A stretch of DNA of 64,000 bases from Dehalococcoidia bacterium (GTDB lineage Bacteria; Chloroflexota; Dehalococcoidia; GIF9; UBA5629). This document shows, in pieces, positions 38,564 to 48,119 of the stretch (position 1 is the first letter of the stretch; every line of letters begins with the position of its first letter). The stretch is taken from positions 1 through 64,000 of the forward strand of contig JBEKIW010000002.1 of the NCBI GenBank assembly GCA_050011565.1, written 5' to 3'. Under the pieces are notes generated by a model that made no database searches, was not told where the DNA came from, and worked only from the letters and a program-made list of their open reading frames with translations. The position numbers were made by a program, and so were the translations under genes.

Positions 38564-40303
38564 TCATCTTATCGTAAGGTATTCGGCTAATGGCCCAAGC
38601 GCCAGGGCAGGCAAAAAGCTGAGCGCGCCCACTATAATGACTACCACAATCAGCCAGATAATGAAAAGCGATGTATGCGTAGGTAAGGTACCGGAACTGA
38701 CAGGTACTTTCTTCTTTTGCACTAACGAACCGGCAATGGCCAGAGCCGGGATTGCCGCCCAATAGCGAGCAAAAAGCATAGCCAGTCCCAGAGCAGTGTT
38801 GTAGAAAGTTGAATTGGCACTTAGACCGGCGAAGGCGCTGCCGTTATTATTCCCCGTTGAAGAGAAGGCGTACAATATTTCACTGAAGCCATGAGCGCCT
38901 GGGTTGTAAACTGCGGCTCTCCCCGCTGATGTAGCTACAGCGATTGCCGTGCCTAAGAGCACGATTACCACCGGAATGAGAACCATCAAAGAAGCCATTT
39001 TCATCTCGTAGGCTTCAATCTTCTTTCCCAGGTACTCCGGCGTACGCCCAATCATCAGCCCGGCTACGAACACGGCAATTATGACAAAGGCCAGCATGCC
39101 GTAAAGACCGGAGCCGACCCCTCCATAAACTACCTCACCTAATTGCATGAGCCACATTGGCACCAGGCCGCCAAGCGGCGTAAATGAGTCATGCATGGCA
39201 TTCACTGATCCATTCGAGGCAGCAGTGGTACCGGTAGCCCACAGCGCCGAGTTGGTAATCCCAAAGCGCGCCTCCTTGCCCTCCATATTGCCGCCAGGCT
39301 GAATGTTGCTGGGTGTCTGGTCAACTCCAAGTGCACTTACGGCCGGGTTACCGCTCTGTTCCGCCCAAATAGTAATACCCAACAGCGCCACAAATATGAT
39401 AGTCATGGCTATTAGTATCGCCCAACCCTGGCGCGTATCGCCTATCATCTTGCCAAAGGTGTAACACAAGGCTGCGGGGATAAGCAGAATGGACAACATC
39501 TCTAAAAAGTTAGATAGGGGGGTAGGGTTCTCAAAAGGGTGCGCCGAGTTAACATTGAAGAAGCCGCCGCCATTCGTTCCCAACTGCTTTATCGCAATCT
39601 GTGAAGCTGCCGGCCCAACTGCTACTACTTGTTCATTTACAATCTGGCCGCTGGAGTCATGAGTTGATTGCAATAAGGACACGTTGGCACTTCCATTGAA
39701 CGTCTGCACCACACCCTGTGATACCAAAGCCAGCGCCAGGACGAGTGATAAAGGTAGTAATATATACAGAACACTTCGTGTGGTGTCCACCCAGAAATTA
39801 CCAATAGCTTTAGCTGAATGCCGCGCAAAGGAACGTACCAGCGCTATGAGTACCACCATGCCTGTAGCCGCCGATAGAAAATTCTGGACCGTTAATCCCA
39901 TCATTTGGGTCAGATAGCTCATGGTGGTCTCCCCACCGTAGCTCTGCCAGTTCGTATTGGTAACGAAACTGACTGCTGTGTTGAAGGCCAGGCCAGATGG
40001 GACCGCGCCCAAACTCTGGGGATTCAATGGCAGTATGGATTGTAGGCGTTGCAACAAATACAACAATAGTATGCCTACAAAATTAAATAGCAACACGGCG
40101 ACAGCATACGTCTTCCAGTCCATGTCTTCATCGGCATGTATACGCGCCAGACGATAGATAAACCGCTCAACAGGTTGGAGCACCGGAGAGAGAAATGTGC
40201 GTTCGCCCTGATAGACACGTGCCATAAAGGCACCTAGCGGTTTTACGAGCAACAAAAGGACCAGCAGATATAGCCCGGGTTGGAGCAGAATAGAGGCGGT
40301 CAT
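38564..40303 (-). CDS. kdpA: K+-transporting ATPase subunit A
   Basis: NTNWQ, TNGGG, SNGS, NNGS selectivity motifs; ATG overlaps the kdpF stop (ATGA). Confidence 0.97.
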   Translation of the reverse strand: MTASILLQPGLYLLVLLLLVKPLGAFMARVYQGERTFLSPVLQPVERFIYRLARIHADEDMDWKTYAVAVLLFNFVGILLLYLLQRLQSILPLNPQSLGAVPSGLAFNTAVSFVTNTNWQSYGGETTMSYLTQMMGLTVQNFLSAATGMVVLIALVRSFARHSAKAIGNFWVDTTRSVLYILLPLSLVLALALVSQGVVQTFNGSANVSLLQSTHDSSGQIVNEQVVAVGPAASQIAIKQLGTNGGGFFNVNSAHPFENPTPLSNFLEMLSILLIPAALCYTFGKMIGDTRQGWAILIAMTIIFVALLGITIWAEQSGNPAVSALGVDQTPSNIQPGGNMEGKEARFGITNSALWATGTTAASNGSVNAMHDSFTPLGGLVPMWLMQLGEVVYGGVGSGLYGMLAFVIIAVFVAGLMIGRTPEYLGKKIEAYEMKMASLMVLIPVVIVLLGTAIAVATSAGRAAVYNPGAHGFSEILYAFSSTGNNNGSAFAGLSANSTFYNTALGLAMLFARYWAAIPALAIAGSLVQKKKVPVSSGTLPTHTSLFIIWLIVVVIIVGALSFLPALALGPLAEYLTIR

Positions 40304-40392
40304 CCGAACCACTCCGGCTTAAGCAGCGCCAGAATGAGATAGATTAGCAAGCCGATACAAATCAGGCCGGAGATAATATAAAAAGCACCCAT
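40300..40392 (-). CDS. kdpF: KdpF peptide [30 protein letters not shown]
   Basis: YL..ALL.PE.F signature; ATGA coupling to kdpA; not in the ORF track. Confidence 0.92.
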   Translation of the reverse strand: MGAFYIISGLICIGLLIYLILALLKPEWFG

Positions 40393-40401
40393 GCTATGAT
40401 T

Positions 40402-40485
40402 TCACAACCGTTTAAAGATGGCTATCAGTCCCAGAGTGGCTAAAAAAAACAGCACAATTAAGCTCAGAAAAAGCAGGTCAGGCAT
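40402..40485 (-). CDS. 27-aa single-TM peptide MPDLLFLSLIVLFFLATLGLIAIFKRL upstream of kdpF
   Basis: Hydrophobic ORF ending 9 nt before kdpF, downstream of the operon promoter. Confidence 0.75.
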   Translation of the reverse strand: MPDLLFLSLIVLFFLATLGLIAIFKRL

Positions 40486-40536
40486 AATTATCTATCACAC
40501 CAGTGTACTGCAATAAATATCCAATCCCTGACTGAA

Positions 40537-40566
40537 ATCATATACCTCAGGAAGTTTTGATGTCAA
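40537..40566 (-). promoter_or_regulatory. sigma70 promoter of the kdp operon
   Basis: TTGACA, 18 bp, TATGAT. Confidence 0.65.
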
Positions 40567-40664
40567 TGTAGAAGGTGGTAACGGGCCGATTTGAAATAGG
40601 TACCGCGTGTTGTGACCGCTAAGATAATCCGTTTATGGTCTTTTAGCACAACCTGATGAAGTGC

Positions 40665-40994
40665 TTAACGCTCTCTAACCTCGTCGTCTATCCACTTGAG
40701 GTAATCTTCATTGCCGCCAATGATAGGCAGGGCAATTATCTCAGGGACTTCATAGCTGTGCGCCGCCTTGACCAGGTCAACGATTTCCGATAGTAGCGAG
40801 GCTTTGGTCTTGATGATAAGAAGACTTTCCCGAGCTGAATCGAGCTTACCCTGCCACCAGAATGACGAGTCTACCCGCGGTACGATGTTTACGCAGGCGG
40901 CTTTCCTCCGGCTTAGTAGCAGCTCAGCTATTTTGTGTGCTTCCGGCTCAGACTTGGTGGTAACCAAGATGACAATCTTGCCAGTCTCTTTCAT
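40665..40994 (-). CDS. cutA: Divalent cation tolerance protein
   Basis: AACVNI, WQGK, HSYEVPEII, YLKWI. Confidence 0.95.
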   Translation of the reverse strand: MKETGKIVILVTTKSEPEAHKIAELLLSRRKAACVNIVPRVDSSFWWQGKLDSARESLLIIKTKASLLSEIVDLVKAAHSYEVPEIIALPIIGGNEDYLKWIDDEVRER

Positions 40995-41911
40995 GCGCTC
41001 CTGCCCACCGCCAGCATCCTATCCACGGCGGCTTTTGCCTTAAGGCGAATCTTCTCCGGTACTTTTACTTCCGGCGCCATCTCTTCCAGTGACCACAATA
41101 CTTTCTCCAGGGTTATCAGCTTCATATTGGGACATATCGCCTGCTCCGAAACCGGTATAAACTTTTTCCCCGGATTCTCCTTTTTTAGCCTGTAAATTAT
41201 GCCCATCTCCGTTCCCACAATCATCTCCTGAACGTCTTCCCTTCTGGCAAACTTTATCATCCCGCTGGTGCTCAACACCTCGTCGGCTAGGGCTATCACA
41301 TCCGGCCTGCATTCCGGGTGAACTACAACCTTAGCCTCGGGATACTCATGCCTTAGTTTAACGATATATTCAGGCATTATCCGGGCATGGGTGGGACAGA
41401 AACCAGGCCAGAGAATCATTTTTTTAGCTGTTTTTGTGGAGATGTAGTGCCCCAAGTACTGGTCAGGGACGAAAATTATTTCTTTTGTGTCCAGGCTTTC
41501 CACAACGCCAACCGCATTAGCCGAAGTACAACAAATGTATGATTCAGCCTTAACCGCAGCCGAGGAATTAATATAGCAGACCACCGTAGCCTTAGGATGC
41601 TCCTTTTTCCTGGCACGTAGCTGTGGGGCGGTTATCATATTTGCCATGGGACAGCCGGCATGTTCGTCCGGCAGCAAGACTGTTTTGTCCGGGCAGAGAA
41701 TTGAGGCTGTTTCTGCCATGAAATGAACGCCGCAGAAGACTATAACGCTGGCATCAGTCTTAGCCGCATTCTGGCTGAGGTCGAGAGAATCGCCGACGAA
41801 ATCAGCTATGTCTTGAATCTCACCCAATTGATAGTTATGGGCAAGTATGACGGCATTTCGCTTTTTCTTGAATTTCAGAATTTTCTCGGTTAGCTCAGTC
41901 TGTCTATCCAT
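40991..41911 (-). CDS. nadA: Quinolinate synthase
   Basis: LAHNYQ, FCGVHFMAE, AGCPMA, CTSANA, CPTH, HPEC, CPNMK. Confidence 0.97.
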   Translation of the reverse strand: MDRQTELTEKILKFKKKRNAVILAHNYQLGEIQDIADFVGDSLDLSQNAAKTDASVIVFCGVHFMAETASILCPDKTVLLPDEHAGCPMANMITAPQLRARKKEHPKATVVCYINSSAAVKAESYICCTSANAVGVVESLDTKEIIFVPDQYLGHYISTKTAKKMILWPGFCPTHARIMPEYIVKLRHEYPEAKVVVHPECRPDVIALADEVLSTSGMIKFARREDVQEMIVGTEMGIIYRLKKENPGKKFIPVSEQAICPNMKLITLEKVLWSLEEMAPEVKVPEKIRLKAKAAVDRMLAVGRSA

Positions 41912-42695
41912 GGCTAACTACCCTCCAATCATTAGCGTAAACATTCATCCTCTTGCCTCTGGCGAAACCGATGAGCGTGATGCCCAGGTCACCGGCTAAC
42001 TTCACGCCCATATCAGTAGGCGCTGATTTGGAGATGAGCAGAGGGATATTTCTTTTAACCGCCTTAAGCAATATCTCTGAAGAAACCCTCCCGCTGGTTA
42101 TGATAATGCGGCCATCCGTCGATATATCTTCCAAAATGCATTCGCCAAAAATCTTGTCAATGGCATTATGACGGCCTATGTCCTCGCTGAAAATCAGAAT
42201 GTTTTTGGTATCAGATAATGCGGCGCTGTGAACACCACCCGTTGTCCTGAAAATCTGCGACCGGTGCTGAAACTCCCTTACCAGTTCGAAGACTTCGCCA
42301 GCCGATATGCTGGTTTTAGATTCAACTTTCTTCTGCCCGATGACGTCAGCGGCGCTGTAGAAAGAAGCGCCCCGACCACAGCCCGACGTAATCAGCCGCT
42401 TGAACACCAGCTCGCCAGCCTGTTTAGTCTCCTCCTCGGTCTCTACACGGACAACGCCTCTCTGCTCATCAACCGTTATCTTTTTGATTTCATCCTTACT
42501 TTTGAGCAGCCCTTCGGAGGACAGAAAACCGATGGCCAGATAGTCCAGGTGCGCGGGAGTACAAAGCAAAGTCACCAGCTCTTGATTGTTCAAAATGATG
42601 GTCAGAGGAAATTCCCTGACAACTATGTCATCGGAGCGGCTTTTCGCTTCCCCGGTGAGTCGCAATATGGGAACGCGCTCTACCTCGCCCGCCAT
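41904..42695 (-). CDS. fdhD: Formate dehydrogenase accessory sulfurtransferase
   Basis: TGGVHSAAL, EDIGRHNAIDK, SGRVS, SAPT, GFAR. Confidence 0.95.
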   Translation of the reverse strand: MAGEVERVPILRLTGEAKSRSDDIVVREFPLTIILNNQELVTLLCTPAHLDYLAIGFLSSEGLLKSKDEIKKITVDEQRGVVRVETEEETKQAGELVFKRLITSGCGRGASFYSAADVIGQKKVESKTSISAGEVFELVREFQHRSQIFRTTGGVHSAALSDTKNILIFSEDIGRHNAIDKIFGECILEDISTDGRIIITSGRVSSEILLKAVKRNIPLLISKSAPTDMGVKLAGDLGITLIGFARGKRMNVYANDWRVVSHG

Positions 42696-42696
42696 A

Positions 42697-43131
42697 TTAC
42701 ACTACCTTTATCTGGTCTCCAGTCCTGACGGGTCCGCCTCGAATCACCCTGGCAAACACGCCCTCTTCCGGCATGATGCACTTGCCCACCTGCCGGTAGA
42801 TGGCACACCCGGTATGGCACTCCTTGCCGATTTGAGTGATTTCAAGGACGATTTGTTTACCGACCGATATCCTTGAGCCGACAGGAAGTGATATTAAGTC
42901 TATCTCCTCGGTGGTCAAATTTTCAGCGAAGTCACCCGGGTTGACGTCCAGCCCTAGAGCCCGCATCTTATCGATGCTTTCCACAGCCAGCAAGCTCACC
43001 TGGCGATGCGTGCAACAATCAGCATGAGCGTCGCCGACAAGGCCAAAGTCAGCCTGCAGAAGCCCTGCTCCTACGTCCTTCTTCTTTGTTCCCTTTTTAT
43101 CGCTTTTACAGACAGCGATTATTGTAGCCAT
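42697..43131 (-). CDS. MOSC domain protein
   Basis: GDAHA..HRQVSLL, GDFAENL, QIGKECH..C, CIMPEEG. Confidence 0.92.
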   Translation of the reverse strand: MATIIAVCKSDKKGTKKKDVGAGLLQADFGLVGDAHADCCTHRQVSLLAVESIDKMRALGLDVNPGDFAENLTTEEIDLISLPVGSRISVGKQIVLEITQIGKECHTGCAIYRQVGKCIMPEEGVFARVIRGGPVRTGDQIKVV

Positions 43132-43167
43132 GCGTATATGATAATTGCAGGTCTGGCTGAGATTTTT

Positions 43168-43323
43168 TTATAGCTCTTTACCTAGTATCTTTGCCTTGAG
43201 CGTCTCCCACTGTTCTCTGGTCAGGGTACACAGATTACCCTGTTCGCCTATTTCTACTTTGGTGTCGGTTACCTTGACCACCGGGCAGCAAGAGCCCTCT
43301 TTGCATAACGTTACGATTTTCAT
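43168..43323 (-). CDS. Unannotated 51-aa Cys-containing protein MKIVTLCKEGSCCPVVKVTDTKVEIGEQGNLCTLTREQWETLKAKILGKEL
   Basis: ATG after GGAGGA; protein-like beta-strand plus helix pattern; below the ORF-track cutoff. Confidence 0.8.
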   Translation of the reverse strand: MKIVTLCKEGSCCPVVKVTDTKVEIGEQGNLCTLTREQWETLKAKILGKEL

Positions 43324-43446
43324 CTTTCCTCCGTTTATAATTGTATTACTTGTACCCGAAGTGCGGGTTTCAATGTATTAATTATAGCCCTCTTTAACTA
43401 GTTGGTCGAATGAATGATAAATTCGTAGCATTTATCAATCCCCTCC

Positions 43447-43523
43447 TGTCATTGTGAGCGAAGCGTGGCAATCTCACGTTCCCCCACCGAGATTGCTTCG
43501 GGGATTTGCCCCTTGCAATGACA
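43447..43523. repeat. REP/MITE-like palindromic element (TGTCATTG...CAATGACA)
   Basis: Terminal IR TGTCATTG/CAATGACA and internal IR GCAATCTC/GAGATTGC. Confidence 0.8.
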
Positions 43524-43534
43524 ATATCCGAACC

Positions 43535-44605
43535 CTAAAACTTCCCGCTGTACTTCTCAAGAGACGCGTAGAAAGCTTTCCAGAACGGATCAACGATAGG
43601 GTGCTCCAGCTTCTCTTCCCGCCCCCCTCGTACCAGCACCACCCCGCGTTTCGGCTCGGTGAACTCACCGACAATAGAAGCTTTAATACCTTTTTGATGC
43701 AGCGCCTTTAATATATCCTTGGCTCTGTGTTCCCGGCAGGATATGATTAGAGTGCCTTCGCTGATGGAAGCATAAGGGTCGATGCCAAAATACTGGCATA
43801 TCTCCAGCACGCAATCCTCAACTACTATACTTTTCATTTCGACCCTGACCCCCAGATTGGCAGCCTGTGCAATTTCATATAGTCCGCCCCATATACCGCA
43901 TTCAGTGGCATCATGCATGGCAGTAACACCATTGTCTCTTATCCCGATACTCACCGCTGTCATGGCATCATCAACGACCGACATCTTGTAGAAAATCTGC
44001 TGAGCTTTCTTATTGAAATCCTTGCCGAACTCACGTTCAATAAGCTCGGGAAACATGGTGGCGAAAATGCCCGTCGCCTCAATAGCGGGGCCCTTGGTAA
44101 TGATTATCTTGTCTCCGGCACGCGCCAGCCTGGGAGTGACATACTCATCCTTACTGCCGATGCCAACCATGGTAGCGCCGCCAACCATGGGATAATGGCA
44201 GTTCTCATACCTGCCCGTATGTCCGGTGATAACTGAAATACCCAGCTTAACGCACTCACGGTGCATAGTTTTCCACATTATTTCCAGTTGCTCACCGGTC
44301 ATCTCCATTGGAAGATTCAAGTCAATGGACAGAAAGCCAGGTTTCAGTCCACTGGTCACAGAATCAGAGGCAATGATGTGAATGGCAAACCAGGCTGCCC
44401 TCTCCCATCCATATTCAGGCACAATAAATACGGGGTCACAGGTAAATGAAACCGCCCTATCTCCGATTTCCACAATGCCAACATCCACTCCGTTCTGAGG
44501 ACCTACCAGAACCTTGTCATTCTTAGCTCCCAGACGAGTAGATATAAGCTCATCAAAGAGCCTGGACGAAATTTTTCCTATCTCCGGCATTGCGCTCACC
44601 GACAC
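43535..44605 (-). CDS. AIR synthase-related (PurM/HypE/ThiL superfamily) protein
   Basis: GVDVG, TCDP, ASD, TGHT, AMHDATECG, SEGTL. Confidence 0.88.
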   Translation of the reverse strand: MSVSAMPEIGKISSRLFDELISTRLGAKNDKVLVGPQNGVDVGIVEIGDRAVSFTCDPVFIVPEYGWERAAWFAIHIIASDSVTSGLKPGFLSIDLNLPMEMTGEQLEIMWKTMHRECVKLGISVITGHTGRYENCHYPMVGGATMVGIGSKDEYVTPRLARAGDKIIITKGPAIEATGIFATMFPELIEREFGKDFNKKAQQIFYKMSVVDDAMTAVSIGIRDNGVTAMHDATECGIWGGLYEIAQAANLGVRVEMKSIVVEDCVLEICQYFGIDPYASISEGTLIISCREHRAKDILKALHQKGIKASIVGEFTEPKRGVVLVRGGREEKLEHPIVDPFWKAFYASLEKYSGKF

Positions 44606-44633
44606 ATATTCCTGATTTACAGACTGTCAGTGG

Positions 44634-45800
44634 TTAATTTGCGGTTTTCATAAGTGGTGACATGGCTCTGAGCTTGGAGATTATTCCAGGAAGTACATCC
44701 AGAACCTTACTTATGTCTTCTTCAGTAGTCCATTTCCCTAGGGTGAATCGCAAGGAGCTATGCGCTTGTAAATGCGGCAGCCCCATCGCCACCAGAACGT
44801 GCGATGGCTCGAGGTCCGCTGAGCTGCAGGCTGAACCCGTGGAGGCACAGATTCCATCCAAATCCAAATTTAACAGAATCGATTCCCCTTCCACATAATT
44901 GATGCTAACGTTTACATTGTTGGGCAACCTTTTAACGGGATGGCCATTCAGTTGCGTGTACTCGATGCCCTCCAGTATACCTTCGATTAGCCGGTCACGA
45001 AGAGCAGTTAATTTCTGAGCTTCCTCCAGCATCTCCTGCTGGGCGATTTCAGCAGCTTTGCCAAAGCCGACAATGCCAGGCACGTTCTCAGTGCTGGCTC
45101 GCCTACCTCTCTCCTGATTGCCGCCGTGCATAAAGGAGCTTATTCTGGTGCCCTTTCTGATATAAAGTACACCGACGCCCTTAGGCCCATAAAGCTTATG
45201 CGCCGAAATGGAAAGCAGGTCAACGTTCGACTTATTCACATCTAGCGGGATATGCCCTACCGTCTGCACGGCATCGGTATGGAAATAAATCTCAGCCTCT
45301 CTGGCGATATTTCCGATTTCGGCTATCGGTTCTATGGTGCCGCACTCATTGTTGGCATGCATGATTGAGACAAGGATAGTCCTTTTTGTAATTGCCTTCT
45401 TGACATCAGTGGGGTCAACCAGACCATAGCCGTCCACGGGAAGATAAGTTACCGAAAATCCCTGTTTCTCCAGAAACTTGCAGGTTTCCAGTACGGCATG
45501 ATGTTCGATTGAGCTGGTGATGATATGATTTCCTTTGGCTTGCCGTGACAACGCCACACCCTCAACGGCAAAGTTGTCCGCTTCCGTACCGCTGCCGGTA
45601 AAAACAATCTCCTCGCTTCTGGCACCGATAAGAGCCGCAACTTTACTGCGCGCTCTTTCAATAGCGTCTTTAGCCTCCTGGCCATATGAATGTATGCTGG
45701 ATGGATTACCGAACGAATCGGCAAAATAAGGCAACATCGCCTTCATTACCTCGGGATGTGTCGGCGTGGTGGCCGCATAATCCAGATATATTCTTTTCAC
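44634..45800 (-). CDS. iscS: Cysteine desulfurase (NifS/IscS group I)
   Basis: YLDYAATTP, GNPSS, TDAVQ, SAHKLYGPKG, STGSACSS. Confidence 0.94.
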   Translation of the reverse strand: MKRIYLDYAATTPTHPEVMKAMLPYFADSFGNPSSIHSYGQEAKDAIERARSKVAALIGARSEEIVFTGSGTEADNFAVEGVALSRQAKGNHIITSSIEHHAVLETCKFLEKQGFSVTYLPVDGYGLVDPTDVKKAITKRTILVSIMHANNECGTIEPIAEIGNIAREAEIYFHTDAVQTVGHIPLDVNKSNVDLLSISAHKLYGPKGVGVLYIRKGTRISSFMHGGNQERGRRASTENVPGIVGFGKAAEIAQQEMLEEAQKLTALRDRLIEGILEGIEYTQLNGHPVKRLPNNVNVSINYVEGESILLNLDLDGICASTGSACSSADLEPSHVLVAMGLPHLQAHSSLRFTLGKWTTEEDISKVLDVLPGIISKLRAMSPLMKTAN

Positions 45801-45803
45801 GTG

Positions 45804-46046
45804 TTAGCCTTCAACAATATCTCCGACTATGGGGTCGACTCTAACCCCCTCCTCTTTAACCCAGCTAATTCCGGCGTCGATTTCCTTGTCCTCACCCTCC
45901 AGTTCCAGAACCACCCAACCCCTGTCTTCCGATACATCGGCACGACGTATGTTTGTCACTACTTCAAATTTATGCGATAGCTGATAAATGATAGGCTCCT
46001 TAATCAGCTTACGCGGAAAGGTGAACATTACTTGTCGCTTAGACAT
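45804..46046 (-). CDS. Stand-alone NIL domain protein
   Basis: EPIIYQL...VVTNIRRA...GWVVLELEG; ends GDIVEG. Confidence 0.88.
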   Translation of the reverse strand: MSKRQVMFTFPRKLIKEPIIYQLSHKFEVVTNIRRADVSEDRGWVVLELEGEDKEIDAGISWVKEEGVRVDPIVGDIVEG

Positions 46047-46100
46047 CGTGCCCTCCTATCTTCATCTCCGATAAAGATTAACCCATCAGGCGCCTTGATT

Positions 46101-47336
46101 TCAAACCTGCACACCAAGCACCTCATTGAACGACTCTAAATTGGGCTGGACATGGAAGGTGTGAACGACATCTGAAACAATCTCTTGCGTCCTTGGTCCG
46201 GCCCCCGTAATAAAAGCGACCGTAAGTTGGTCCTTTTTAATGGCTCCGGCAGCAGCCAGCTTCTTAACCCCGGCAATCACTACTCCACCCGCAGCTTCAG
46301 CAAAAATACCCTCGGTCTGTGCCAGTAATTTCATCCCTTCAATAGCTTCTTCATCAGTGGCACTTGAAGCCCCACCGCCCGATTGCCTGGCGACCATTAA
46401 AGCGTAATAACCATCAGCCGGATTGCCAATGGCTATCGAAGTAACGATAGTACTCGGCGTCACCGGATGGACGTGAAGGCTGCCAGCTTCAAAGGCGTGT
46501 ACGATCGGTGAGCTGCCTGAAGCCTGGGTAAGGTACATATGGGTATTTACCGGCCCTATGAGCTTGAGGGTAGATAATTCTTGCAGTCCTTTCCAAATCC
46601 GGGTAAAAAGTAGACCTGAAGCCGCAGGCGCCACCACACACTCCGGCGGCCGCCAGCCTAATTGCTCAGCCACCTCAAATCCCAGTGTCTTGCTGCCCTC
46701 GGCATAGTATGGCCGGAGGTTTATGTTGATAAAGCCCCAGTTATATCTCTGCGCTAACTCGGCGCAGAGACGGTTGACATCATCGTAGCTTCCATCAACG
46801 GTAACTAGGTTCGGTTTATATATGGCTACACCGACGAGCTTGCCTGGTTCCACATTGGCCGGGACAAATACATAAGCTTTCATGTTCGCCTTGGCTGCAT
46901 GGGCCGCCACACTGGCAGCCAGATTGCCTGTTGAGGCGCAGGCCACAGTATCAAAACCGAACTCACGCGCCTTGGTGACGGCAACGGAAACTGCCCTGTC
47001 CTTAAAAGAATATGTGGGATTGAGGCAGTCATTCTTTATGTAAAGCTCGTTCAACCCCAGCTCACGCCCCAGGTTATCAGCTTTCAGCAAAGGGGTAAAG
47101 CCGGTGCCGATGTCAATCTCCCCCTTGCCTTCAACGGGTAGTAAATCCCGATAGCGCCACATGGTAGCAGGACCTTCGGAGATTTTCTCGTGACTGAGTA
47201 CGCCAGCCAAAGCCTTATAGTCGTAGTTAACCTCGACCGGGCTAAGGCAAAAATCGCAGACCTTCATCGGTTGTAAAGGGTATTCCTGTCCACATTTTCG
47301 ACAGCGCAAACCTGTGGCGTATGACAAATTACACAT
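46101..47336 (-). CDS. thrC: Threonine synthase or threonine-synthase-like PLP enzyme
   Basis: N-terminal CxxC/CxxC, NPTYSFKDR, ASTGN, EGSKT, AIGNPADG. Confidence 0.8.
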   Translation of the reverse strand: MCNLSYATGLRCRKCGQEYPLQPMKVCDFCLSPVEVNYDYKALAGVLSHEKISEGPATMWRYRDLLPVEGKGEIDIGTGFTPLLKADNLGRELGLNELYIKNDCLNPTYSFKDRAVSVAVTKAREFGFDTVACASTGNLAASVAAHAAKANMKAYVFVPANVEPGKLVGVAIYKPNLVTVDGSYDDVNRLCAELAQRYNWGFININLRPYYAEGSKTLGFEVAEQLGWRPPECVVAPAASGLLFTRIWKGLQELSTLKLIGPVNTHMYLTQASGSSPIVHAFEAGSLHVHPVTPSTIVTSIAIGNPADGYYALMVARQSGGGASSATDEEAIEGMKLLAQTEGIFAEAAGGVVIAGVKKLAAAGAIKKDQLTVAFITGAGPRTQEIVSDVVHTFHVQPNLESFNEVLGVQV

Positions 47337-47453
47337 CTTACTATACGGAGCTATCTGACTATTCGGTTCGTATTAGTACATAAGATACCTGCTATTTACC
47401 AAACGCGCAAGCAGCCCGCTACAAATTCTACTGGTAATTGATAAGTACCGGCT

Positions 47454-48017
47454 CTAAGGCCAGCCCGGGTTAATAGTATTTTCGTAGGCGACCACAAGGT
47501 CTGCCTGCTTCATTATTATGTTTCCATTTGTAATTTCGTATGGAACTAATGCTTTGGGATAATCAACGCAAGCCCCCTGAATTCCATTACCTGTATCGGC
47601 TTTGAAAGTAGTGGCACACCGGTCGCATACCAGAGTATTGCCGTCCAGAGAGTAGCCTATGGAGCGACACGGCGGACAAACATCTGCCCGAACATATATC
47701 TTATTATTCAACAAGTATGCCATGAAATTCATTGTGCCAGCTTGTGCATTCACCGCAAACTGTGTATTCCAGTCACTCTCGATATCGCTCACCGGAATCG
47801 AGACTGAGTCACCATTGACCTGAGCCTCAATTATTTTAGCCTTTATTGGTCCTGATGGCTTCTGAGTCGTTGCCTGGATGGTCTGAGGTGCAGATGATGG
47901 AGTTGATGCTGATGGCTGTGTTCCAGTAGTTGACGGCACTGCGGCCGAGTTAGCACAGGCGACGGCTATCAACATCAGCATCAATGTCGAAAGACCTATC
48001 CCGATTTTCTTTAACAT
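47454..48017 (-). CDS. DUF2318-like Cys-rich lipoprotein (predicted Fe-S/metal binding)
   Basis: Lipobox AVA-C; CPPC, CDRC and GAC motifs. Confidence 0.75.
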   Translation of the reverse strand: MLKKIGIGLSTLMLMLIAVACANSAAVPSTTGTQPSASTPSSAPQTIQATTQKPSGPIKAKIIEAQVNGDSVSIPVSDIESDWNTQFAVNAQAGTMNFMAYLLNNKIYVRADVCPPCRSIGYSLDGNTLVCDRCATTFKADTGNGIQGACVDYPKALVPYEITNGNIIMKQADLVVAYENTINPGWP

Positions 48018-48119
48018 AAGTTATTTCCTCCCTGTTATTTATAGTTCAATGTTAGCTTTGTTAGAATGGCGAGCCTTGATTCAGATATGCATTATAAATT
48101 CCCTTTCTGCATTATATTT

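Noticed and set aside
40490-40660. c-di-AMP (ydaO) riboswitch upstream of kdp
   Set aside because: Conserved motif not seen, and the leader after the predicted promoter is too short
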